Shown here piece by piece: positions 26,107 through 36,500 of a stretch of DNA of 64,000 nt; position 1 is the stretch's first letter; every line of letters begins with the position of its first letter. The stretch covers positions 1 through 64,000 of the IMG/VR virus record IMGVR_UViG_3300011008_000041; one strand, 5' to 3'. The stretch is from a virus (taxonomy: Duplodnaviria > Caudoviricetes). Below the pieces are notes generated by a model that searched no databases, was not told the DNA's origin, and saw only the letters and a program-made list of their open reading frames with translations. The translations under genes were made by a program, and so were the position numbers.

Positions 26107-26244
26107 TTAATCGCTGATACCGCTACCGCCGTCTTTGTGCTTCCAATAGACAAGCAGACACACAATCCCGAACACAGCTGCCAAAGCCACGACGCAGCCG
26201 ACAAAGCCGCCGATCAGGAACGCCCACCATGACCACGGGCTCAT
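26107..26244 (-). CDS. small single-TM protein after the endolysin (45 aa; not in ORF track)
   Basis: MSPWSWWAFLIGGFVGCVVALAAVFGIVCLLVYWKHKDGGSGISD. Confidence 0.5.
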   Translation of the reverse strand: MSPWSWWAFLIGGFVGCVVALAAVFGIVCLLVYWKHKDGGSGISD

Positions 26245-26246
26245 GA

Positions 26247-27746
26247 TCAGAACCCAAGCTTGGCGAACTCGCCGCGCGTCTGATCTCCGACGATGCCGTC
26301 CACCGTGATGCCACGAGCCGCCTGGAAGCGCTTGACCGCGTCACTGGTGTCTGTGCCGTACTCGCCGTCGATCCCGTAGGACCCCACGGAATAGCCGAGG
26401 GCCTCCAGTGCGTACTGGATAGCCTTCACGCCGTCATGCCGCTTGCCGTAGCGAACAAGGCCCGTGGTGGCGCTGGCACGGCCATAAGGATAGACCACCA
26501 CAGGGACGACAATAGCTTCGACCTGAGCAACCGTCAGGCCATTGAGACCAGCGTTCAGCATAATCGCCGGATAGTCCTTGTACGCCAGATCCATGTCGCA
26601 GTTGCCGGCGATGCCAGCGACCTTACCCGTGCTGCCATACTGCCAGATACCGCAGCTCTTGGACGGTGCGGACACGCCCCAATGAGCGAGCCAGAGGTCG
26701 AACTGCGTCAGCTTGGAGAAGCCGCGGTTCAGGTAGTCCCAGTTGGTGTAGTTTACGGCGTAATAGCCGCGCTGCTCCACACGGGCGAGGAAAGTGTCAG
26801 CAAGGGCCACGATGTCGGGCGAATACCCAGCGGCCTTGGACTTGACATCAGAGTCATACTCGTAGTCAAAAGCCAGAGGGAACGTGACGGGCAGTCCAAG
26901 GCTCTCCACAGCGTCGCAGAGGTAGTCTGCCTCAGCACGAGCCATGTCCTTGGTATAAGCATAGGAGAACCAGTAGAAGCCCACATGGACCCCAGCCTTG
27001 ATAGCTCCTAGCGCATTGGCCTTGAACTGCTGGTCGATATGGCCCACACCATAGCCGGCGCGGATCATAGCGAACGCCACGCCGTCGGCCTTGGCCTTCT
27101 GCCAGTCGATAGTACCCTGCCAAGTGGACACGTCCACGCCCTTCGCGGGCAAAGCCAGCACCGCGTCGGCAAGGTCCTGAGTCAGCGACTCCGTGGCAGG
27201 CTCCGCCTCCGCAGTCTCCTCGTCCTCCCACATGGGGCGCCCGTAATCGGCGATGTAAGGATCCCAGCGGGAATAGGTGCAAACCTGAACGCGGTTGCCT
27301 TTGTTGCCCTCGATGATCGTTACGGTGGCGTCATCGACAGCTACCACGCCGCCAGTATGGACGATGCTGCCACCCTGCTGGAAGAAAGCCTGATCGCCCA
27401 CCTCCGGCGTGGTATACAGCCGCCCGTGGTCACGGTAGTAGCCACGGCTCCACGGGCAACCAGCGCCGTATAGAGTGCCGATCTGGAACTGCATCGTCTG
27501 AGCCTTATCGGCGTCGCCGCCGCAGGCCTGAAGCAGGCACCAGTCATAGAACATATCGCACCATTCAAAGCCCTGCTTGGACGCCTGGTAGTAACCAGCC
27601 TCGGCCAGATCTCTGGCGTACTTGGTGTAATTGTTGGAGCCGGCGTTCGCGGCCTTGTCGTCTAGGTATGCGTTGGAGGCCTTCTCGTAGTAGCCGACCT
27701 CACCCTGCATAACCGCGACCATCTTCTTCGCAGTCACCTTACTCAT
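26247..27746 (-). CDS. endolysin: CHAP + GH25 muramidase + peptidoglycan-binding domain
   Basis: EWCDMF..HTGGV..IIEGN (CHAP); GVDVSTWQG..FDYEY (GH25); VKAIQYAL..DGEYG..AVKRFQ..DGIVG (PG_binding_1). Confidence 0.9.
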   Translation of the reverse strand: MSKVTAKKMVAVMQGEVGYYEKASNAYLDDKAANAGSNNYTKYARDLAEAGYYQASKQGFEWCDMFYDWCLLQACGGDADKAQTMQFQIGTLYGAGCPWSRGYYRDHGRLYTTPEVGDQAFFQQGGSIVHTGGVVAVDDATVTIIEGNKGNRVQVCTYSRWDPYIADYGRPMWEDEETAEAEPATESLTQDLADAVLALPAKGVDVSTWQGTIDWQKAKADGVAFAMIRAGYGVGHIDQQFKANALGAIKAGVHVGFYWFSYAYTKDMARAEADYLCDAVESLGLPVTFPLAFDYEYDSDVKSKAAGYSPDIVALADTFLARVEQRGYYAVNYTNWDYLNRGFSKLTQFDLWLAHWGVSAPSKSCGIWQYGSTGKVAGIAGNCDMDLAYKDYPAIMLNAGLNGLTVAQVEAIVVPVVVYPYGRASATTGLVRYGKRHDGVKAIQYALEALGYSVGSYGIDGEYGTDTSDAVKRFQAARGITVDGIVGDQTRGEFAKLGF

Positions 27747-27939
27747 GATCGTCAACCTCCGGCAGTCCCGCCACGCTCGTCAGCAGAGACAGGACGCCCG
27801 CCAGCACCGCGGCGCTCGCCACGTTGATCCAGTTCACGTCCCCAAGCAGGGCAGACGTGCCGATCATGGCCACAGCGGTCTGGGCGACGGTCTTGATAGC
27901 GCGGACACCCGCAGCCTTGATCCAAGTGGTTTTCTTCAT
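27739..27939 (-). CDS. holin (r1t family)
   Basis: WIKAAGVRAIKTVAQTAVAMI..SLLTSVAGLPEV. Confidence 0.9.
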   Translation of the reverse strand: MKKTTWIKAAGVRAIKTVAQTAVAMIGTSALLGDVNWINVASAAVLAGVLSLLTSVAGLPEVDDHE

Positions 27940-27940
27940 A

Positions 27941-28234
27941 TCAATCGTTCCTTTCTTTCCGGCCTTCCAGCCGGTCAATTCTATGGTGAGCCTGATTCGC
28001 AGAGGATTCCACGGAGGCCAGGCGCTCCCGGATCTCCGTGTTCATCTGCCGCTGATCCTTCTGCTCTGCTTTGATGTCGTCGATGCCGGACTTGATATAC
28101 CCAAGTTCTGTCATGACGGTCCCGGACTCCCGGCCTTCGGCCTTGTTTTCCTTCTTGGTGCTCAGGCGATGACCGGCATACGCAACCAGCAACGCGAGCA
28201 ACGCGCAGAGTGCACCGATTTCAACATTCGTCAT
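27941..28234 (-). CDS. TM plus coiled-coil lysis-associated protein
   Basis: N-terminal TM; LGYIKSGIDDIK..ERLASVESSANQAHHRID. Confidence 0.7.
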   Translation of the reverse strand: MTNVEIGALCALLALLVAYAGHRLSTKKENKAEGRESGTVMTELGYIKSGIDDIKAEQKDQRQMNTEIRERLASVESSANQAHHRIDRLEGRKERND

Positions 28235-28632
28235 TCGGCCTCGCCCTCGCTCTCCTCGGTGGCGTTCTCCGGCTCACCCTCGTCTTCCTGAACAGCACCG
28301 GAATCATCCTCCGGATCCTCTGGCTCCGGGAACTCGTCGCTCTCATCGAGGTTGACGAAGTACTGGGAAACGCCGCCATCCATATAGAAGTGGCCGATCA
28401 TAGTCCCGTCAGGCAGATTGTGGGTCTGCGTTCCGGTGATGTACATTCCCTCCACCGTTTGGTAGAGTTCGCCGTCATCCATGATCTTCACTTCTGCAAG
28501 GTTGGCCTCCGTGAGCTTTCCCCAAATCCTCTGAAACGCCGTTTTACTGGCACAGGACACAACAAGATGCCTGTCCCCGATCGACTCCGGCATAAGATCG
28601 ATCACAGTTTCATCCACAAGAATCATCTGCAT
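28231..28632 (-). CDS. hypothetical protein with acidic tail
   Basis: RBS aggggg; coupled. Confidence 0.65.
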   Translation of the reverse strand: MQMILVDETVIDLMPESIGDRHLVVSCASKTAFQRIWGKLTEANLAEVKIMDDGELYQTVEGMYITGTQTHNLPDGTMIGHFYMDGGVSQYFVNLDESDEFPEPEDPEDDSGAVQEDEGEPENATEESEGEAE

Positions 28633-28784
28633 GGTAACTATCCCCCTGTTCCTTTAAAATTGAATTGTGGTGGTATTACAGGAACTTCTTCATGGCGCTC
28701 ACCTCCAAAAAGAAAAGCCCGTGGTCACCCACGAGCTTCGGTTTATATATGGCTGCAACAAAAAAGGAGCCGCCGCAGCGACCC

Positions 28785-28979
28785 CTATATCGGGATGTCA
28801 TCAGGTAATTCATCCGCGCCGATAATGCGCGAATAGGCATCCTCGACGCCCTTGACCGCCTCCCTCTCAGCATCGTCCAGGCTTTCCACCTGTGCCAGCT
28901 TCTCCGAGAGGTTCCGAACTAGCCTGATTTGCCGCTCCACCAGATAGCAGAGTTCCTCGATCAGTTGCAGGTTTGACAT
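28785..28979 (-). CDS. 64-aa helical protein directly downstream of the DGR RT
   Basis: RBS taggagg 10 nt after RT stop; followed by a terminator-like hairpin at about 28761-28790. Confidence 0.7.
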   Translation of the reverse strand: MSNLQLIEELCYLVERQIRLVRNLSEKLAQVESLDDAEREAVKGVEDAYSRIIGADELPDDIPI

Positions 28980-28989
28980 GGCGTTCCTC

Positions 28990-30060
28990 CTATGCGGCTT
29001 TCGGCATGGCCATACTGTGTTCCCTCACAACATCTTTCAGCACCTTCGCACTTATTGGGTCGAAATACTTCACCCGGATATTGTAAGAGTTGCAATGCTT
29101 GAGCTGCCCCGCACGGGATAGGAGCCCTGACGCAGAGTGGAAGGGTATCTTCCTGCCCTCGTCGATCATGCGCTGTACGCGCCGGCACTGCTGGGCATAG
29201 CGAAGGAAGTTCCTGCGGCGGAGTGTTGTATGGGAATGGTAGAACCGGAATCCGACAAAATCAATGCCGCGGGCATCGACCGGGAACACCTGCCAGTTTT
29301 CTTTCAGGCGCAGGCCGAGGCCAGAGAGGAACGCGGCTATGGACTTCCTGGCCTTGTGGAGCAGCTTTTTGTTCGGCCCCATCAAAACCATATCGTCCAT
29401 GTTCCGAGTGTAGTATTTCACCCCTGGGAGCGTGCAGATATGACGATCCAGCGGTTCCAGATAGAAGTTCGCCAGCCATTGGTTGATATAGAAGCCAATG
29501 GCGAGCCCGCCGTCTGAATTGGAGGTCATGATATCGTACACGGTTTTCAGGAATAGCTTATCCTTGATCTTCCGGGCCAGCGCCCAGATCAGACGCCGTG
29601 GCGAGATTGAAGGATAGAAGTGCTTGATGTCCATCTTCAAGCAGTATTTTGTGCCCTTATGGTCATTCCGCAGGGCACGGCGTACATAGTTCATGGCGCA
29701 TTTGTTCCCGCGTCCGGGGATGGATGCGCAGGACCAGCGGTACATACCACGCATGAGGATGTCTTCCATGGCCATTACGCAAAGTTGGTGCATAAGACCG
29801 TCAGGATAAAACGGTACGATCTGTATCGTTCTCTCCTTCATGCAAGTACGATCAAATATCACCTTTGATCGAGGCGTGGTTGGGATATAGGAGCGTGTCA
29901 TCAGCATTTCATAGGCTTGATCGACATAGCTTTCCTCGTCGGCCAGCACGATCTTTACATCCCAGCGATTACGCTTTCCTCGTGTCCCTTCGCGGATAGC
30001 GGCGCGGATCATGTCCTTGTCACACATCCGCTCATAGATGTGGCCCACTCTATGGGGCAT
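28990..30060 (-). CDS. DGR reverse transcriptase (356 aa)
   Basis: RBS aggagg before ATG 30060; CLKMDIKHFYPSI, GLAIGFYINQWLAN, YYTRNMDD, GIDFVGF. Confidence 0.95.
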   Translation of the reverse strand: MPHRVGHIYERMCDKDMIRAAIREGTRGKRNRWDVKIVLADEESYVDQAYEMLMTRSYIPTTPRSKVIFDRTCMKERTIQIVPFYPDGLMHQLCVMAMEDILMRGMYRWSCASIPGRGNKCAMNYVRRALRNDHKGTKYCLKMDIKHFYPSISPRRLIWALARKIKDKLFLKTVYDIMTSNSDGGLAIGFYINQWLANFYLEPLDRHICTLPGVKYYTRNMDDMVLMGPNKKLLHKARKSIAAFLSGLGLRLKENWQVFPVDARGIDFVGFRFYHSHTTLRRRNFLRYAQQCRRVQRMIDEGRKIPFHSASGLLSRAGQLKHCNSYNIRVKYFDPISAKVLKDVVREHSMAMPKAA

Positions 30061-30180
30061 AGGGCATTCCTCCTTGTTTGCCTCAAGGCCGTTCGAGAGT
30101 GAACCTACTAAGCCCTGTCCTGACGGCAAGATTTTTACCGAGCGGTATGGACTTATCTGCGCACGTGTGCGTGAGAAAAC

Positions 30181-30317
30181 AAGGTGTCGGGAGCCGAGGT
30201 TCGCGTTGGTGTTCGAGGCCGCGTTGTTGGCGTTGAAGTAGAAGAAGCCATAGTTATCGTTGCTGTTATAGTTGCCGCCAACGTTCAGCGCTTGGTCGCC
30301 GGTGTTCGAGTTGACGT
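30181..30317 (-). repeat. DGR template repeat (TR), 137 bp
   Basis: Aligns without gaps to 30574-30710; AAC-rich; 15 of 16 mismatches are at TR adenines. Confidence 0.95.
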
Positions 30318-30533
30318 GAACACCCAGCAGAACGGGCTCGCATGGCGCAAATAATCCCGCAGGGGATGATAGCACACATTCTGCTGGTACGCTTGAAAAT
30401 GGAAAAGGTTTACACACAGGTGTCGGTGTATTACGCCAAGCGTAATTTTTGAATTTTATAAAACGTGGGGCTCCGCCCCACACCCCGGTTAAGGGGTGCA
30501 TACGAGGACGGAGCCACAGCGTTTTAACGAACC

Positions 30534-30555
30534 TCCGGGGGTTGCGACCCCCGGA
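30534..30555 (-). other. DGR target-recognition hairpin downstream of VR/IMH
   Basis: 9-bp stem tccgggggt-(4 nt)-acccccgga a few nt after the target stop. Confidence 0.8.
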
Positions 30556-30561
30556 CCCCCG

Positions 30562-33500
30562 TTAGGGGATATAAAGGAGTCGGGAGCCGAGGAACGCGCT
30601 GGTGTACGAGGCCGCGTAGTAGGCGCTGAAGAAGAAGAAGCCAAAGTTATCGTCGCTGAGATAGACGCCGCCAACGTTCAGCGCTTGGTCGCCGGTCTTC
30701 GAGTTGACGTAGTCTGGGACATACGTACTCGCAGAGCCTCCCGACGCTGCATCAGGAATGAAGGCGTACGGGCACTCTTCGCTGTAACCAAAGCCAGTAA
30801 TATACTGTGAAGACGGGAGTGTAATACCCGTCTCAACGAGTGCACTCTTGTTATCGGCAAACGAGGCATTGTCCAGACTGGTGTATACCGCTCTGCTGGA
30901 TGCCATAAAGCCATCCACCCAGTCACGCACGTTACTGAACGGATCCTCGACCCATCGGTACTGGTTATGTGCGCCATTGAGTTTCAGCGTGTGATACGCC
31001 GCGCCGGTCGTGCCGCCGCAGTTGCTGATCGAACCCGTATTCCAGCCCGTTCCAAGAGTATTCTGGCTATGGAAGTTGGCAAACTCGACCAAGTAGAGCA
31101 TCTGCAGAGCCGACCACGAGGCAATGTCCAGCATGTACCAATTCGTACCCTTGTTATGGGAGTAGGTGCGGAAGTTGGTACGGGTGGTGTTCACCAACAG
31201 TGCCGCACCGGATTTGGAATAGACCGCCGAGGAATCACCGGAAGTATGGAAGCGGCCAATATACCGCCCGGAGCCGGGATGCTTCACAAAGCCGGTCTTT
31301 GCAGTCGGCGAGATTGCCCACATCCACTTGCTGTTTGCGGTGTCCTTATAGGCGGTGTAGTAGAACTCCGGGATGTAGACCACGGTATCGTAGTCCGTTT
31401 CCGAGAAGCCTGCGTCATCTTCGGAATAGGAGATTGCACCGTCGATGACGTTGTACCGCTTCATGCCGCTCCACGGCAGGATGTTGTCAAACGGAGAGGA
31501 GCCGGATCCAGCAAGGGACGTGGCCGGCGAAGGATCGGAGAACGAGGCCGCAAGGCCGAGCCTTGTGAGGGCGGGGCTGGAATTGGCGTAGTTCCATTCG
31601 ACGCCGTATGCGCCGTCTGCGCTGGTGGCGGTGGGAACCTCCACATTGCTTGCCGCCTTGAACTGCGCGTAGCAGGATGTATTGGCGGTGATGTTGGTGT
31701 TGCTGGGGTTCCAACCGATGAACGTGCCACCGTTGGGGTCAACAGGGGTCTCTCCGGTATAGTTTGCGGTGCCTCCCGAAGTGACGCCCGTAACGGTCTG
31801 CAAAAGGGTCGTGCCATTGTAGAAATAGACCGTGTACGTCACGATGTACGACGCTGTGTAGGTGGCGTTGCCAGTAACTGTGGTGACTGTCGGTGTCCAC
31901 CCCTGGAACGAACCGCCGCCCGACACCGGATTCTGAGGCGTGGAGCCGTTATAGGTGGGCGTCGCACCATACGGGACGTTGGTATCGGTCTCAAGCGTGG
32001 TGCCGTCGCTGTTCTTCCAAGTAATCGTGTACGTCCGCACCGTCCAGGAATAGGCCGCGTAAACGGTACGATCCTCCAGGACGTTGGTCGTGCACCCGCT
32101 TTCCGCTGTCTGCTGGTCCTGCTGAGTGTTCCAGCCAACAAACGAATAAGAGTACTGCGCAGTCGAACTTCTGGTGGGGGCGGTCGGCGCGCTCTCCTGC
32201 GGGACGCCATCAATGCAGGTGACAGTCTTCAGCGTCGAGCTGCCGTCATAGGTCTTGTAGGTCAGGTAACTTGTGGTGTGATCAGCCGTCACGGACAGAT
32301 AGGGATAAGCCTCAAGTCTGGTGTTGATCGCGGCGAGTTCGGCTCCTGTGAGGGAGCTGGTATGAATGGTGCCGGACACCTGGGCCGTGTCCATGTTGTT
32401 GCCATATTCATCCAAGCCGCGCATTACATCGAGCTTGTCGAGCAGGGCGTTGATCTCCGTAGCACCCGCCGCTTCCCACGCAAGCCCAATCAGACGCACA
32501 CGGGAAGCCGCAGGGATCGCGTTCAGGATTGCCTTGCTGTTAACCGCCGAGCTGACGTTCTCCAGCCACAAAGTAGAGATATTGGAGTAAGACGGGATGG
32601 TAAAATCCGCAATCGCCGTCTGATTGCGGATGGTCAGGTTGGTGATCGTAGAAGGAAGATGCAGCACTTTCAGAATGCCGCCGTTCGGAAGATCAATACC
32701 GGTGATGACCGTGCCGTCGAAGTACACGTTCTCGATGTTGGCGCAACCCGAGATATCCACCGACTTCATATCGCCAGTGCCAAGGCCGGCGCAGTTACGC
32801 ACATCCAGCGTGCGGAGCAGGGTGTTATTGCCAAGGTACAGCTCTTTGAGGTTGCCGTTGGAGTAGGATCCGGAACTATCGCCGAGCTTGATGCTCTGCA
32901 ACTTTGTGGCCATGCTGAAATCAGCAAAGCCGACTTTCAAACCAGAGAGGTCACCCACGGCCGCAAGCTGAGACGCAGAGTAGATGTAGATTTCGGTATC
33001 GTTCACGTTATCCAGCGGGCAGATAAGCGTGTATGCCTGATTGCGCGTGGCGCGGGTCTGCACGAGGTAAGAGCCGTACTTCACCGAGGCGTACACGTCA
33101 GCATACGGGGTAACGGTGATGTTCGACTTCGCGTAGCCGCGGAGCTGGATCACGTCGCTCTGTGCGTCGCCGGCGTTGTACTTCGAGTCGATGTAGCGGA
33201 AGCGGTTGTAGAGCCACCATTTGCGCTGTTCGGCCTTCGAGCCCTGCAGCATGGCGAGATACGCGCCGGAGCCGTCCTCGACCAAAGGTGCAAGGTATTT
33301 GAACCAGGCGTCTTCATTGAAGACTGCCTCGCCCCATTTCTCCTGGTGTTCCTCAAACGCGGTCTCGACCCTCGCATACGACAGCGCCCCGCTCGAGCGA
33401 AGCGTCTGATACATAGCCTTGATCTCGTCATAGAAGGCCTGACGCATGTTGATCCAGAGGACAGACTGCTGACCATTGAAGACATCTGCGCCGCCCGTGA

Positions 33501-36500
33501 TGGTGTCGATATCCTCCAGGTTGTAGGAGAAAACGAGAGCGCCCTCGTTGTTGATACCAAGGGCGGTATCGAAGTCGTAGGGGAGCCAGCACCATTTATC
33601 GCCGCTGAGCTGGGACGGGAAAGCGTTCTTTGCGCGGCTGTCGACCATCAGGAAGAGCTCGGTGAACAGGTAGTAGAAAATCGTACTGTCCATCTCCATA
33701 TGATCTGCGGCCTCGGCCTTAAACTTCGCCAGCCGGTACGCCGCTGTATCATTGGTGTAGGTAACGGCATCATCGCCGGTTCCGTAGGTAACAGCGCTCG
33801 GCAAGGCGTTGCCGGTCGCCGCGCTCTGATCGGTGGATTTCAGCCACGTTGCTAGTGCAGAGAGCTTTGTTGCGTCGGTATAGGCCGGGTCGGTATCAGG
33901 GTAGCGAGCCTCGAAGTCATTGAGCCATCCATCCCCCGTGTAATCATCACTCTTCCAGAGTACGCGATCGCTGGTGTTGTTCTTGATCTCCCACGACTCG
34001 TCGCCGGAAATAAATCCGAACACTTCTTCGGTGCCCTTATCATTATTGAAGTTGTATTTGCCGAGGAACGTTGTGGTTTCGCCGTTGCTCCAGAAGATGA
34101 CGCACGGGAAGCCGTCGATGCCTTGCCTGACGGCACTGTTCTGCTCCTGTGGCGGCGTCTTGTACGGACAGGCGTCGTTGTAGAGGATCGCCAGCTCGAC
34201 GTTGTTAGCGCCCTCAGAGCTTGCCACGTCAGCTTTCATACAAAAAGCGTTGGTAGCAATAGCGCCCGGGCGCAGGGAGTATGCGCTTGCCAGAGTGCCG
34301 CTGTTCAGCAGGAAGCCGCCCTTGAATTTCAACTTATAGTTCTTCCGGGCGTAGTACTGCGAGGACGTACCTTGGACATCAGCCTGGACATTCGTGGCCG
34401 TGAAGCTCTTGGAGGGAGTGACCGGGTCAACATAGGTAACAGCTACCGTCCGTTTATCGCCCTTGTACTGCGGGAGCTCGTCGCACTCGATTATCATGTA
34501 AGGAAGATCGCTGGGAAGCTGTGCGATCACCACATTCCCATAGGCATCGTAGATGCTGTTGCGGTTATACCGCGCAATCATGTCATCCACGTTCTGGCTG
34601 TCGGCAATCCAGTTTTCAAGCACCTGATAGCGAGTCAGGTCGTTGTCATAGATGCGAATGCGGTACACGTCGATGGTGCAGTCATTGGAGCCGATGGAAA
34701 TGCCGACCGGGGTGGTCTGTGCGAAGTCATCCGAGGCCGGATACTGAACCACGCCGCTCATGATGCCGTTCACATAGATATACAGCAGGCGGTTTTCGCT
34801 GCGCTTCTCAGCCACGAAAGCCAGCCGGACGTGCTCGTTCTCCTTATACTGCATGCTGATCTCCGACTGCTCGGAGGTCAGCGTCGCTTTCTGTGCCGTC
34901 ATGGACAGGCCACGACCACCGGAGAGACAGGACAGGATCACGGCATCGTAATTCATGACGTCCCGCGTGGCAAATTCGACCTCGATGGTCTTGCCGGTTC
35001 CGCGGAAGTCGGAGCCGAAGATCTGATAGGGAATCGTGACGCGGGCGTCGCCCGCCACACGCAGGACGGTAACGCCGTCCTCGTCAAGCAGCCAGCCGTC
35101 CGAGGAGAAGTTGAAGCCCGTCATGGTGGCAGCAATGTTGTTGTCGCCGTCCGTCCATGTGCCGGGATTTGCCTCGTTGTTACTGCGTCCCACACTGGAC
35201 AGATGAAGCACAAGGTTCTGGGTTTCAGCTTCTACGTTGATATCGCTCTCGGTGATCGTTACCGTGATGGTCTTCCGCGCGGTTCCGGATGCAATAACAA
35301 CCGTCAGGCTCCCCGCCGTGTCTGCGCGATATGCGAACACCTGTTCCGTGCGGTCTACCGTCTGCTGGGAGACCTGAGAACCGTTCACAGAGATCGTTGC
35401 AACCGCCGTCAAGGACGTTGGATCATACACGGTATATCCGATGTTCAGCGTACTGTACTGGATTGCTGTGCTCTTGTTGAACGAGGATACGATGATCGGA
35501 GTATTGTTCAGCGCTTCAAGGCAGATGATCTCGTAATACAGGTGGTTGGACTCAACCGACTCACCGTTGATTACGCAGTCGAAATAGCACTCAAGGGTGT
35601 GCGCTCCGTGGGACTGCTGCGGGATCGTGTAGGTCATCTGTCTGCCGGATACCGAGGTTGACGCGGTTCCGATCTCCCTGCCGTCCAGCAGGAAGCGCAC
35701 TGTCTTCTGCACCTCGCCAACCGGCGTGTACGGGAAGCTGATCGCGCCCTGATACGGCGTGGAGGCGTCAAAGGTCGAGCTGATCGAAACAGCGACCACC
35801 GTAACGGAGAAGTTGATGGTCCGGCTGTTGTCGTATACGTCGCTGATTGTGACCTTGATCACGTTGGCGCCGGAGGAACAGTATGCAGCAAGGTCGATGT
35901 TGACCGTGCCCTGCTGGATGTTCAGCATGGCCTTGACCGCGCCGTTTACGGTGATCTTCGCCGTTCCGTCACCCGTGGGCATACCGTCCTCCTCGGAGGA
36001 CCAGACAACCGTGATGGGAGCTGTGCCATCCTCGGCAATGGTCTTCGAGAGCCAGCCGGTGTTGTTGGTGACGCTGAGGGACGCGGTATTCCCGGATGAC
36101 CCGCCGCCACCACCGCCAGAGCCCGAGAAGGGGCCAAGAGGACCGGCCACGACTTCGCCATTCGACGTCAGATAGAGGTAACCGTTATCGACATAGGCAT
36201 CATCGACCTTGCCCTCGATCACCAGCTGCATAGCCGCGTCGCTGCGCCGAAGGGCGGCAACAGCGTTATTCAGTTCGGCAACCTCGTTCTCCGCGTTGTT
36301 TGCCGCGGACAACGCCTGTGCTGCCTTGGTATTTGCGTCAGTCGTGATGTTGGCGATTGCCTGCGCCTTCTCATCGATCTGCTCAATGGCATCGTCAATC
36401 TTCTGATCGAGAGACGTTTCTTTTCTCTCGATATAGACAATGGCGGCATTCTTTGCCGCTACAGCATCGTCCGCAGAGCCCTCCGCGTTTGATGCAGCTG

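Noticed and set aside
28231-28632. Possible Avd
   Set aside because: Beta-rich with an acidic tail, separated from RT by terminators; no Avd-like helical pattern.
30061-30501. 503-aa RT as given by the ORF track
   Set aside because: The extension is the TR and its leader; the RBS supports ATG 30060.
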